Shown here one piece after another: positions 44,789 to 54,685 of a DNA stretch of 64,000 bases (position 1 is its first letter; every line of letters starts with the position of its first letter). Position numbers and translations under genes: made by a program. The stretch lies in contig CALKOM010000023.1 of the NCBI GenBank assembly GCA_938091905.1, forward strand, positions 32,001-96,000, read 5' to 3'. A model generated the notes under the pieces. It was not told the DNA's origin and did no database searches. It saw nothing but the letters and a program-made list of their open reading frames with translations. The DNA comes from an uncultured Verrucomicrobiales bacterium (GTDB lineage: Bacteria; Verrucomicrobiota; Verrucomicrobiia; Verrucomicrobiales; DEV007).

Positions 44789-45316
44789 CTAGCTGCGGGA
44801 AGGGTAGAGACCTTGAAGGGCGATGATGAAGTTCATGACCAAGTAAGGCTGCATGTTGTTGTGCGCCTGGCCGCCACCTGTGTTGTCGAGCTGATTGATT
44901 GCCATGGTGGCATTGCGAGTGCCGCCATAGAGATTGGTGCCACCTCCTCGACCGGCAATCTGGGCAGGGAGACCGCCTTCTGGATTGGCGTTGTTCGGAT
45001 CCTCCGCTGCACCCATGAGCCCATGGGTGTGAGAGGGCATCTGCGCTTCCGTGAGGGTCGTCGTCTCGCTTCCACCAGATTCTCCGAGTCGTCGTGTGGT
45101 CAGTCCAGGACCGCGGCCAGGGTGCATGGGGGCGCGCCCTTGGAGATTGGGCAAGGCTGTGGTGGTTCTACCGTCGCCTCCATAGGTGGTGCCAATGAGG
45201 GAGAAGAGAGCGGTATTCTGGGCGATCGGGAGCAACTGCCCATAACAGAACGCCCAGCTTCTAGGAGCAAATTTGCCAGCGAAGATGCGGATCTCAGCGA
45301 TGAAAGGTTCTGACAT
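44789..45316 (-). CDS. Phage tail-collar domain protein (microcystin-dependent-protein-like) 3
   Basis: MSEPFIAEIRIFAG.FAPR.WAFC.GQ, LFSLIGTTYGGDG, HNNMQPY..NFIIALQGLYPSR. Confidence 0.9.
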   Translation of the reverse strand: MSEPFIAEIRIFAGKFAPRSWAFCYGQLLPIAQNTALFSLIGTTYGGDGRTTTALPNLQGRAPMHPGRGPGLTTRRLGESGGSETTTLTEAQMPSHTHGLMGAAEDPNNANPEGGLPAQIAGRGGGTNLYGGTRNATMAINQLDNTGGGQAHNNMQPYLVMNFIIALQGLYPSRS

Positions 45317-45899
45317 GAAGATAGAAGCTTGAGTTAGTTTCGGGATGGGAAGAGGCCGAAGAGCGCCACGATGAAATTCACGCAGACGAAAGGTTGGACA
45401 TTGTCATGCGCTTGGCTGCCTCCCGTGTGTCCGATCGCATCTGCGTTCATGGCAGCGCGTTGTGTGGCACCGGCCTTGTAGGTGAGAATGGTGCCTCCGG
45501 GATTGGCAAAGATGGCACCATCGGGAGAGTTGGCCGTGCCTGTACCCGTGGTCCCTCGCGAGGTATGCGTGTGGGAGCCGATCTGTGAGGCTGAGAGAAT
45601 CTCACCCTCCTGCCCCGACTTGCTTCCGAGGGGGCGGTTGGACAGTCCTGGGCCCCAGCCTTGGTGAATGGGAATGCGCCCACGCATGTCTGGTAGGCCA
45701 AAGGTGGTGCGGCCGTCGCCACCGTAGGTTGTGCGTAACAAACTGAAGAGCACGTCATTCTGAGCGACGCCTATCAATTGCCCGTCACAGAACGCCCAGC
45801 CTCTGGGAGCGAATCTCCCAGCAAACATTCTGATTTCGCCTACAAACGGTTCTGACATGAAAATAGAAGCTTGAGTTAGTTTCGGGATGGGAAGAGGCC
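45306..45899. repeat. 52-nt direct repeat at collar-gene junctions (45306-45357 and 45848-45899)
   Basis: GGTTCTGACATGAA(G/A)ATAGAAGCTTGAGTTAGTTTCGGGATGGGAAGAGGCC, one mismatch, including the 17-nt intergenic spacer. Confidence 0.9.
45334..45858 (-). CDS. Phage tail-collar domain protein 2
   Basis: MSEPFVGEIRMFAG.FAPRGWAFCDGQ...TTYGGDG.TTFGLPDMRGR...HTH...GLFPSRN. Confidence 0.9.
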   Translation of the reverse strand: MSEPFVGEIRMFAGRFAPRGWAFCDGQLIGVAQNDVLFSLLRTTYGGDGRTTFGLPDMRGRIPIHQGWGPGLSNRPLGSKSGQEGEILSASQIGSHTHTSRGTTGTGTANSPDGAIFANPGGTILTYKAGATQRAAMNADAIGHTGGSQAHDNVQPFVCVNFIVALFGLFPSRN

Positions 45900-46382
45900 T
45901 CGCATGGCGATGCAGAAGGCGAGGGTCGTGTAAGGCTGCATGTTGTTGTGCGCCTGCCCACCGGCATTGGCGAGCATGCCAGGGTCCATGCTGGCGTTAG
46001 GTGTACCGCCAATGTTGAACAAATTTAGGCTTGCAGTGTTGGAAGCGAAGTAGTTTCCCCCAACTGTGGAGGCGGCTGCCGTCGTATTGGAAACCCGCAC
46101 GGTGTGCCGATGCGGTGGAATCTCTGAGGCGTCGAGCAAGTGCGTTTCATAGCCGCCCTTATGGCCCAGGGAGTGACCATTGCCCTCTTGGATGGGCGTG
46201 CGCCCCCGCAAATCAGGAAGCCCAAAGGACGTGCGACCGTCGCCACCGTAGGTTGTGCCTAACAAACTGAAGAGGGACTGGTTCTGATTGATTGGCAAGA
46301 TCTGCCCATCGCAGAAGGCCCAACCCCGAGGGGCAAAGTTGAATCCCACGATACGAATTTCTGCAAGAAAGGGTTCTGACAT
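45876..46382 (-). CDS. Phage tail-collar domain protein 1
   Basis: MSEPFLAEIRIVGFNFAPRGWAFCDGQ...GTTYGGDG...LPDLRGR...HRH...HNNMQPY. Confidence 0.9.
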   Translation of the reverse strand: MSEPFLAEIRIVGFNFAPRGWAFCDGQILPINQNQSLFSLLGTTYGGDGRTSFGLPDLRGRTPIQEGNGHSLGHKGGYETHLLDASEIPPHRHTVRVSNTTAAASTVGGNYFASNTASLNLFNIGGTPNASMDPGMLANAGGQAHNNMQPYTTLAFCIAMRGLFPSRN

Positions 46383-46406
46383 AGGTGTGAAGTCTGAAAT
46401 CTCAAA

Positions 46407-49304
46407 TTAAGGGACGACGACGGATGGGTCTGTTGGATCCGTGCTCGACAGGTTGACTGTGCCATTCACGATCGATGCCTGGCCGTTCAAGTTGGTGCCT
46501 TGGTCGGCAATGACGCCATCGACTGTCCCCGCGCTTGAGCCATCGATGAACAAGTGGACATTGGCAGAAGTGGCGACGTCGAATTCAAAGGCGTTGTGGG
46601 CAAAGCCAGCATCGAAATCGACAAAGATCTGGTCGCTCGAAGAAGCCGTTTGGAACTCAACGCTCTTGTCGCTGCGGAAGTTAAACATCGTGTCGTGATC
46701 CGGAATGATTTGGTTCTGTTTCTCGATGTGCACTTCGCCGCCGTTGCGCGTGTTGTGGACGATCGACTCGTAGGGAAACTCTTGGGTTGCTGACACGCCG
46801 AGGTCCGTGTTGTCGGCATTGCCACTGGTGACGTCGTGGATGATCTCATTACTCACGAAATGATGGTAGTGCTCGGCATTGTCCGTATCCGTGCGGGCAA
46901 TGTGTCCCCAGACTTCACGGTGCGTGTTGTTCTGAACGATGCTTTCCCCGGTGGTTCCATCTTTCGCGGTGATGTTTAGGCTCGCGCCAAATTGGGCTGC
47001 ATTGTCGCCTTGCAGGCCTTCGAGCGTGTTGTTCGTGAAGATCGCTTCAAAGGTGCTTCCAGTTCCGCCGATGATCATTTCGACTTCACCCTGGGGGAAG
47101 CCTTTGAAGGCGAAGCTACTTCCGGCATCGGTAAGATGATCGGTGACTTGGAAGGTGTTGCGCGAGACGTGCACATCGAGATCTCCAGAGAAGGCAGGCG
47201 CATTCGGCGCCGTTCGGATATTCATGGAACCGTAGTCACCTTTGCCACAATTTAGAAACGTATTGCCTAACAAATCCTCTAAGTCGGCAAGATCACCGAT
47301 GATGATGTCTGCTGTGACTGAACCGGCCACATAAACTTCCAAGCCAGCAGCGCCGACACTCACATCAGCACTGGTGAACTCTTTCAAGGATCGCTCAAAG
47401 TGATTGCGCGTCAGGTCGAATCGAACACTACCACTATCCGCAGTGATGAACTGAGCTAAACCAGATCCATGCTGGAAGGTGTTGTTATCCAAGGTCACCT
47501 GACCGCTGATGCCGTGAACTCGGATCATGGATTCACGGAAGACCGAGCGGGTGTCGTCACCGATATTTCCAGGCAGATGGAAACGATTTGTATCCGTGAT
47601 AGATGAGTTGGTGATCTCAAGGCCGACCAAGGTTGTCCGTTCGGTGTAGGTGACGGGCACATCGAATGGCGTGGCATTGATGGCGCAATCACTGACGTTA
47701 TCGATCCGCACGCGGTCGAGACTCAAACCACCTGCGAGTGCCGCCGCATGAATGGCATCGGCACCGCTTTGATAAGTGGTCGTGAGCATGGCGTCATCCG
47801 TGCCGTTGATGTCATTGATATCGAGATTTCTCAGGGTCATCAAGCCGGCGTTGGCAGCCAGGCGAACAGCATCAACGTCAGTCTTGTTCGTGATAAAGCC
47901 TGCGCTCCCCAAGGTCGTGCCTGTGCCTGTGAGCGTGAATGGCCCAACAGTGCCGAGAACTTGAAGGCCAGGCTCAGTGCCGCCAGTCGATTCGATGCGT
48001 TCCAAACTCACACCAGCCCCCGCCACCCCAAGTGTCGTGCTTTGCAGATTGACAGCTCCGCCACTCTCACAAATGACCTTGGATCCCGAAGCGAAATTCA
48101 CTGTTGTCTGGTTGGCGCCGAGACCCGCAAAGAGGATCCCTTGGCCACCGCCCGTGCACTGCAGATCCACCATTCCAAAGTTCGCGTTGCCCGATACATT
48201 TAGAGCCCGAATCCCGTTCTGACTTCCTCCATTCTTCACGATGGAATCGAAGCTGACGTTCAAGTTGCCTCCATTGAGAGCGAGGCTTCCCCCTGATCCA
48301 GAGATGGCCATTTCGCGAATCACTAGACTGCCAAACGTGGTCCCAGCGATCGCAGCGAGATCCGTGTCGGCGATGTTTAGACCGCGCAGCACGTTCGCCG
48401 CGGCCAAGTTGATAGCATTTCCGCTAGAAGTATTCAAAACCGGGCGGGCACCTTGACTCGGCAAAGCAAGCGAATGGGGAGGAAGCGTGAGCCCGCAGAA
48501 GTCGTGGAGGCTTTGGCTAGATCCCTGGCCCATGACGCGTTGATTGTTCGCTAGATTGAGACTGTCATTGTAACTACCCGAGTAGATAAACAAACAATCG
48601 CCATCGGCATCCATGGCGTTGCTGTTGTGCTGCGCGAGGGTCTGGAATGGACTGCCCAGACGTCCATCGCCCGCCGAGGGATTTGAATCGTCAAAGAACC
48701 AGATCATCCCAGTGACGTTGATGCTCACCTCGACGACGCCATTGCCTGTGCTGGCATCATTGAGAGCATCTTCATCTGTGATCACGTAGGTGAACGTATC
48801 CGCGCCCTGAAACCCGACAGCAGGCATGTAAGTGAATGCGCCATTCAGGCTCATGCTGACCTGCCCGCCACCTGATGTGGCGATGCTTGGGGGACCGGCT
48901 TGAAGATCGCTGATACCGTTCCCGTTTGTTCCGTCCGGATCACGGTCATTAGCCAACACCCCTGCTGCTGCTGCCACCTGTATGCCGACATTCCCCATGC
49001 AGTCATAGCTGTCGTCCAAGGCAATGGGCGTCACCATGACGGAATCGCCTATTAACGTAGTGTTCGCATCGACCGCGGTTTCATAAACGAGATCCGTACC
49101 GCTGAAGCCGCTGGTATTGGTGATCTCGGCTTCCAGAGTGATGCTCTCACCAGGATTGGCTTTGCCGTCCGTCTTCACTTCCTCCCCCAGAGTATCGTCC
49201 AGGGTGATGTCCAGGTTCGGGGTGGGAACGCCAGCGATCGCCAGCCACGTGCCAATGCCAATCACGGGTAGGCAGACGATTCCGAGTAGAGTTTGATGTT
49301 TCAT
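46407..49304 (-). CDS. Secreted adhesin-like protein (Ig/cadherin-like domain + parallel beta-helix)
   Basis: Signal anchor; PIALDDSY...GVLANDRDPDG...GAFTYMP..GFQGADTFTY Ig-like unit; GDGRLGSPFQT followed by a long N/G/T-rich beta-helix-like region. Confidence 0.75.
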   Translation of the reverse strand: MKHQTLLGIVCLPVIGIGTWLAIAGVPTPNLDITLDDTLGEEVKTDGKANPGESITLEAEITNTSGFSGTDLVYETAVDANTTLIGDSVMVTPIALDDSYDCMGNVGIQVAAAAGVLANDRDPDGTNGNGISDLQAGPPSIATSGGGQVSMSLNGAFTYMPAVGFQGADTFTYVITDEDALNDASTGNGVVEVSINVTGMIWFFDDSNPSAGDGRLGSPFQTLAQHNSNAMDADGDCLFIYSGSYNDSLNLANNQRVMGQGSSQSLHDFCGLTLPPHSLALPSQGARPVLNTSSGNAINLAAANVLRGLNIADTDLAAIAGTTFGSLVIREMAISGSGGSLALNGGNLNVSFDSIVKNGGSQNGIRALNVSGNANFGMVDLQCTGGGQGILFAGLGANQTTVNFASGSKVICESGGAVNLQSTTLGVAGAGVSLERIESTGGTEPGLQVLGTVGPFTLTGTGTTLGSAGFITNKTDVDAVRLAANAGLMTLRNLDINDINGTDDAMLTTTYQSGADAIHAAALAGGLSLDRVRIDNVSDCAINATPFDVPVTYTERTTLVGLEITNSSITDTNRFHLPGNIGDDTRSVFRESMIRVHGISGQVTLDNNTFQHGSGLAQFITADSGSVRFDLTRNHFERSLKEFTSADVSVGAAGLEVYVAGSVTADIIIGDLADLEDLLGNTFLNCGKGDYGSMNIRTAPNAPAFSGDLDVHVSRNTFQVTDHLTDAGSSFAFKGFPQGEVEMIIGGTGSTFEAIFTNNTLEGLQGDNAAQFGASLNITAKDGTTGESIVQNNTHREVWGHIARTDTDNAEHYHHFVSNEIIHDVTSGNADNTDLGVSATQEFPYESIVHNTRNGGEVHIEKQNQIIPDHDTMFNFRSDKSVEFQTASSSDQIFVDFDAGFAHNAFEFDVATSANVHLFIDGSSAGTVDGVIADQGTNLNGQASIVNGTVNLSSTDPTDPSVVVP

Positions 49305-49611
49305 ATGAAGCAAACAAGCGGTTTCGGAGGGTAACGGCCCCCGTAGAGTATCCCTACGGGAAAAGCGACCAGGTGTTTCAGCTGGCCAGAAAAGAAGAGC
49401 GACATTCTAAGCACGGGGGGACGAACTACCAGGTCGGCCCGACGTTTGGCAAGCCTCTTACCAGGCAAATGGACGAATCTCCCGTTTCAGATAGCGCGCA
49501 GACTCGTCACAGCGCTTCCCCCCAGACCTGGACCATGATACTCCCGCGAAACGTGCAAGCACCACGAGCAAGTGGCTTCAGGATGCACGGCTACACAAAA
49601 CCCATCTGAGT

Positions 49612-52600
49612 TCAGTCGGGCGCGTTCGGGGGTAGTCTTGCTTCATCCCCCTGCTCCGTTTCGGCATCGATCGCTACGGGCATCTCGGATGGGCTAGATT
49701 CTTGCACCGGTTGGACATTGATATCCACATCCACGGGCACGGCACGGAGCTTGTTAATGATGTCTTCTAACTTCGCTATTGTCGCATCTGCTAGAGTCGC
49801 GGGCTGCTGCTGATGAGCCAAGGAAGCTGCAAGAACCTCCTGGATGCGATCCGTACTGGCATTGAAGGCGGCCAGTTGGCCAACCACGCGTGAAACAGGA
49901 TCGTTGTCGCGCGCACCTCCCGTGAGGAGGTTGCGCGCGAAGGTCTTCTTGATCTCTTCCCAGCGCACGGAGTCTTCTTCTGTTAGGAATCCTTCAAGGT
50001 CTTGGAACTTCAACAGGTTGGCTTCGGCACCGGTCGTCAGCGTTTGAGATTCATTCTCGTAGTGATCCTTGATAACGTTGATCACTTCTTCCTCCGTCAT
50101 GATGGGCAGGATCTTTTCCGCCATGCGATTCATGTTTCTGTAAGAACCCTGAAGCTTAAATGGCGGCTCGGTGCGGTACTCGTCCGACTGCGCAGCGGAG
50201 CGAATGTATTCCAAGTTTACCCGCAGGACGGTGTCACGCACGCGCATGAGCTTGGTCATGACATCGACCATCTCACTGACCTCCTCCGGCGTGTAGTTGC
50301 CTTCGAAATCGACGCCATCAGCCGTGCCATTGCGAGCGATTTGAATGATCGCATGCACGTCTTTCTGGCTGCGCGATCCCAGGGGTGCGAGAATGGCGTT
50401 ACTCGTCAGACAGTTCTCCAAATAGGAATCCTCAAACGCCTGCTGATGGGTACCGACGATATCACCGAGGTTGTAGGTATCGGCCCGGTTGGCCAGCATG
50501 TCAGGAATCTGAAACTTGCCTCCGCTTTCCGTGTAAGGATTGCCCGCCATCACGACAGCGACCTTGCGGCCACGCAAATCGTAGGTCCGGGCCACGCCAT
50601 CGTAGACGCCCTCAATGCGTCGCTGGCCGTCGCAAAGTGAGATGAACTTCTGCAAGAACTCGGGATCACAGTGCTGAATGTCATCGAGGTAGATCATGAC
50701 ATTGTCTCCCATCTCAAGAGAGAGATTGAGCTTCTTGACCTCTTCTCGGGCACTTGCGTTAGGCGCTTCTACCGGATCGAGCGAGCGCACTTGGTGACCA
50801 AGAGCCGGCCCATTGACCTTCACAAAGGTCAATCCTAACCGATCCGCCATGTATTCCATCAAGGTCGTTTTACCGTAACCCGGCGGCGAGATAAGTAAAA
50901 GCAAGCCCATCCGGTCGGTGCGCGTGTCGGCCCCTGCCACACCAATCTGCTTGGCCAAGTTATCGCCAATCATCGGCAAGTAAACTTCGTCCAGCAACCG
51001 GTTCCGTACAAAGGAACTCATGATCCGTGGCTTGAACTCGTCCAATCGCAATAACTCACGTTTGTCCACCGTCAGCGTGTGTTTGATCTCTGTGTAGCGC
51101 TGAAAGAGAGGCAGCGTCTGGCGCTCAAATCTGGCGAGCTTGCTTAGAAACTTGGTGTAGTGGAGGTGATAGTTTCCCTGCGCGATCACAGCATGATTGC
51201 CTAACATGCCATCGATATCAGATTCCAACGGCACCTCAACAACCTCGGCACTTTGCACACCGCCTCGCAAGAGATGGGCAGCCGCCTCATCAAGATACGC
51301 ATGACTGGAATCGAAAGCCCGTAGCCAATCGCGGATGACCTCAAACTCATCTTGAGGGAACTTGGCCAACTTCTTGCGCGCTGCTTCGAAGGCCGATTGC
51401 TGGCGTTTCGTTGCGAGCCCTTTCTGAAAAGCACTCACCAGGGACGCGGCTTCGGCGCTCACGGTGAAACTCGCGCCATCCACCATCTCGTGAAAGAGAT
51501 AGGCTGCGGTCTCCTCAGCGCCGTCGCCTAACCATTGCTGCAATCTCTCGATGTAGGTCGTTTGCAAGGCAGGCGCCTCGTCGAAAGCGCTGCGAACGGC
51601 ACCGAAAGATTCTAGCTGATGAAAGAGACGCTGTTTCTCATGATCTTCTTTCCAAGCTCTCCACGCCACAATACCTTGAGCACGCACTGCTGGATCATAG
51701 CGTAAGAGTCCCGCTTTGGCCTGCAACGGAAGGAGCCGTTTTAAAATACAGAAAGCGTCATGGTCATGGACCCCCTTGGTGTAGCCTTCGGCATAACGAG
51801 GTGCCATGAACTTTCGTAAGACTTCCAGCTCGACTTCCAGGTCACCCACATGCTCTTGGAAATAGCGATAGGCTAGGTACTCACCCCGGTAAACCTCTGA
51901 GCTTTCCGATAGGACTTCTTGGCTCCACGCAGGCTGCGTTTCCAAAAACACCGGATCCTTAATCGGCTCAAAGAAATTCGTGCCCGTGAGGTGGAAGCAC
52001 ATCGCCTCGTCGCGAGGCACGACGGTGAGCTCCAGCGTCTGTTGATTCACGGAGAATCGATGCTTTCCTAGTTGAATAATCGCCTTGCCATCGACGAACA
52101 GTTCCTTGCGATCCTTGAGCTGACGAACAGCATCCTCACGTTGACTCTTCAGCTTTGCCTGAATGGCATCCGCTTTGACCGAGTCACCGAGATCTTGCAA
52201 CTGCGTGACGATGTCACGCACCTTCTCAATCATCAGATCAGATGCCAAGTAGGCGTTGATCTCGTGGAGTTCTTGAAAGCCGTCGAGCCGATTGTGAATA
52301 CTCTGGAAGATGCGTTCGGCAGACTTTTCCAGGTTGGCAGCGCGCTTGTTGCGCGATTCTAACAAGCTGACTTTGCGAGCCTCAAACGCATCGTATATTT
52401 CGGTGCGTTTCTCGCCAAGCTCAGCCACATAATCATCGAACTCGGCATACTTGCCTTCGAGTTCCTCCAGCTGGACCATCGTCTTGCTCAAGTAAGACTC
52501 ACACTTCTCTGGCGAATCACACAGTTCGAGGTAGTTGACCACGGCCTGATTGAGCAACTTAAGCTGCGCCTGAAACTGAGCAGCGCCTTCCTCACGCCCA

Positions 52601-54621
52601 AGCTCACGCAAGGTATTCTTCAAGGTCACACGGACTTGATTCAGCGTGCCGTAGATATCGGAAATGCCATCGATAATCTGAGTGGTCTGCGTCGCGTCCT
52701 CGATCTTGAGGTTGCTCACGATGTCGATGAGCATCTCCAGCTCTTCTCCCGTCTTTCCTAGCTCTTCGTCAATGACCTTGCCTTCGGCAGCCTTGGAAAT
52801 CTTCTCGATCGCGACCTGCTGTTGTTCAACCTGATCTCGGTAAGGTCTTAGCGAATCGTCCTTGAGCAGAAACTCCACACAATGTCCCGAGACCCGTTCC
52901 GCCACCTCCTGGACTTCTGATTCCAAGGCCTCAAGCTGCTCGATATTGACATACCGGACATCGCGCAAGGAGATGACTTCACCACGCACGCCTCGCAAGT
53001 CTGCTAGATGATGCACATAGCCCATGATATCATCCGGGCGACTGTGTTCCGCTTTAGAAATAAGCTTTCGCGCACGCTCAGTGAGCGCCGTGGTCTGGGC
53101 CGTAGCGGATTTGCGCAGGCGGGTGACCTTCTCAAATTCCGCAATGGCAGATTCCGCAGCCGTCTGTATCGCCCCTAACGGTTCACTTAGAACATAGGCT
53201 TCCTTCTGACCTACCCAGAAATACGAGTTGCTGACATCCGAGGCTTTCTTGGCCAAGTCATGATAGAGATTTGCATACGCATCGTCCTTGCCCAGGAGAT
53301 TGAGCACTTCGTGGCACTCTGCCATGCAACGCACAATGTCCGCATTGCCCAATTTGTAGAGATAGTGATCCCTCTGCGCCGAAGGAGCTTGGGCATCAGC
53401 ATCGATGTAGGGCGTTTGCCATACCTGGAGAGCGTGATGCTTCTGTGGCTGATCTTCGGTTCGGAAATAGATCAGTTCACCATCCTCGAACACGCTGTAG
53501 CCTGAACAACTGATCGGCGTGTCAACTTGCTGATCAATGATGTTGTAAGACATTAGCACGTAGTCGCCAGAAGCGCGATTGTAGAAGACGTAAAGGTGGT
53601 CCTCGCCATTCGGCGCTGCGAGACGACGCTCAAAGATCATGTCCTTGGGCCCACTTTCAAACAGCTTCGTTTCGCCACTTTGCAGGTGAAAGCCATTCGA
53701 GAAGATGATGCCATGCTCGTCGGGCAAGAGCACACAAGCATTCTCAATCGCATCAAAGCGCTGCACCGTCTTGAGCTTCTCATTGAAGACGAGGTAACGA
53801 AAATCGTTTTCTTGATAGGGTCGTATCTTCAGAACAATAAGACTGCCGATGATCGTGTAGAAGATCTCAGCATCATCGAGCGTCTGATCTGCCTCCGTCA
53901 CCGGCTCAGCATAGATGCCTTCGCCACTGCTGGTGTTGTCTTCAACCTTAACAGTGAGATCTCCACCGACGGTTTCAACAAAGACTCGGTCTTCGATCGA
54001 GACATGAGGATGCTCGCCGCCACGCTGCATGTCACGGTGCGCACGGGTCCATTCAAAGTCTTGCTGCCTCGGGAAACTATACTCGTGATCCGATCGATTC
54101 CCCTGGTAGACTAACGTTCCGTCATCTCGCAGAAGCCATTTGAACGTCTTGACGTCCGTGACATCCCGCCCGGCGCGAAAGGCCATGTAGAGGTGGGGCC
54201 CAATGACGAGGAACTTCGCAAAGACCGTGTCGCGGTAGTACTTGTAGAGATGGCCGAAGTCATGGAGGAAACTGTCGTCGCCCAAGATATCATCTAGCGG
54301 GACTGCGGTGAACGCATGCGTGGCGTTTTCATAGTGGTAAGCCGCAAAGACATCCGAAGGCGCGGTGGTCGACTTTAGACCAATGTGTACATTGAACCCA
54401 AAGAGAAAACGCCCCTGACCGATCGCTACCATATCGCGCGGCACACAGTTGTGCTGCGTGGTGACACGTTCTGTGGCAATGAGGCTGGGCTCGATCGCGC
54501 CAAAGACATCTTGGCGTTCTCGATTCAGCGACTCAAGCCGTCCGCGCAAGTCATCGCCTTGTGCTTGCAAGCGCTGGCGGATGACCTCGTAGGCACCTGA
54601 TTCTAACGTTTCTTCCGGCAT
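49612..54621 (-). CDS. Giant coiled-coil AAA+ ATPase (DUF3686-like, 'DNA repair ATPase' family)
   Basis: GAYEVIRQRL N-terminus, beta-rich region, long coiled coil, Walker A SPPGYGKTT, Walker B YLDDIQH, AGNPY. Start set at MPEETL. Confidence 0.85.
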   Translation of the reverse strand: MPEETLESGAYEVIRQRLQAQGDDLRGRLESLNRERQDVFGAIEPSLIATERVTTQHNCVPRDMVAIGQGRFLFGFNVHIGLKSTTAPSDVFAAYHYENATHAFTAVPLDDILGDDSFLHDFGHLYKYYRDTVFAKFLVIGPHLYMAFRAGRDVTDVKTFKWLLRDDGTLVYQGNRSDHEYSFPRQQDFEWTRAHRDMQRGGEHPHVSIEDRVFVETVGGDLTVKVEDNTSSGEGIYAEPVTEADQTLDDAEIFYTIIGSLIVLKIRPYQENDFRYLVFNEKLKTVQRFDAIENACVLLPDEHGIIFSNGFHLQSGETKLFESGPKDMIFERRLAAPNGEDHLYVFYNRASGDYVLMSYNIIDQQVDTPISCSGYSVFEDGELIYFRTEDQPQKHHALQVWQTPYIDADAQAPSAQRDHYLYKLGNADIVRCMAECHEVLNLLGKDDAYANLYHDLAKKASDVSNSYFWVGQKEAYVLSEPLGAIQTAAESAIAEFEKVTRLRKSATAQTTALTERARKLISKAEHSRPDDIMGYVHHLADLRGVRGEVISLRDVRYVNIEQLEALESEVQEVAERVSGHCVEFLLKDDSLRPYRDQVEQQQVAIEKISKAAEGKVIDEELGKTGEELEMLIDIVSNLKIEDATQTTQIIDGISDIYGTLNQVRVTLKNTLRELGREEGAAQFQAQLKLLNQAVVNYLELCDSPEKCESYLSKTMVQLEELEGKYAEFDDYVAELGEKRTEIYDAFEARKVSLLESRNKRAANLEKSAERIFQSIHNRLDGFQELHEINAYLASDLMIEKVRDIVTQLQDLGDSVKADAIQAKLKSQREDAVRQLKDRKELFVDGKAIIQLGKHRFSVNQQTLELTVVPRDEAMCFHLTGTNFFEPIKDPVFLETQPAWSQEVLSESSEVYRGEYLAYRYFQEHVGDLEVELEVLRKFMAPRYAEGYTKGVHDHDAFCILKRLLPLQAKAGLLRYDPAVRAQGIVAWRAWKEDHEKQRLFHQLESFGAVRSAFDEAPALQTTYIERLQQWLGDGAEETAAYLFHEMVDGASFTVSAEAASLVSAFQKGLATKRQQSAFEAARKKLAKFPQDEFEVIRDWLRAFDSSHAYLDEAAAHLLRGGVQSAEVVEVPLESDIDGMLGNHAVIAQGNYHLHYTKFLSKLARFERQTLPLFQRYTEIKHTLTVDKRELLRLDEFKPRIMSSFVRNRLLDEVYLPMIGDNLAKQIGVAGADTRTDRMGLLLLISPPGYGKTTLMEYMADRLGLTFVKVNGPALGHQVRSLDPVEAPNASAREEVKKLNLSLEMGDNVMIYLDDIQHCDPEFLQKFISLCDGQRRIEGVYDGVARTYDLRGRKVAVVMAGNPYTESGGKFQIPDMLANRADTYNLGDIVGTHQQAFEDSYLENCLTSNAILAPLGSRSQKDVHAIIQIARNGTADGVDFEGNYTPEEVSEMVDVMTKLMRVRDTVLRVNLEYIRSAAQSDEYRTEPPFKLQGSYRNMNRMAEKILPIMTEEEVINVIKDHYENESQTLTTGAEANLLKFQDLEGFLTEEDSVRWEEIKKTFARNLLTGGARDNDPVSRVVGQLAAFNASTDRIQEVLAASLAHQQQPATLADATIAKLEDIINKLRAVPVDVDINVQPVQESSPSEMPVAIDAETEQGDEARLPPNAPD

Positions 54622-54628
54622 GATAAAG

Positions 54629-54678
54629 GTAGCGGGGGGCATCCAGCCCCCGTGTCACGGGCTGGATGCCCGTGCTAC
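54629..54678 (-). terminator. Stem-loop between the flotillin and ATPase genes
   Basis: GGGCATCCAGCCC (54637-54649) / GGGCTGGATGCCC (54659-54671) 13-bp stem, extendable by GTAGC/GCTAC. No U-tract, so more likely a stabiliser or processing site. Confidence 0.55.
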
Positions 54679-54685
54679 ATTACGA

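Noticed and set aside
44789..46382. Prophage or tailocin
   Set aside because: Only collar-domain genes are present; no sheath, tube, baseplate, capsid, lysis or integrase genes.
49340..49360. Hairpin CCCGTAG/CTACGGG upstream of the adhesin operon as a riboswitch part
   Set aside because: It is only a 7-bp stem with no recognisable aptamer consensus.
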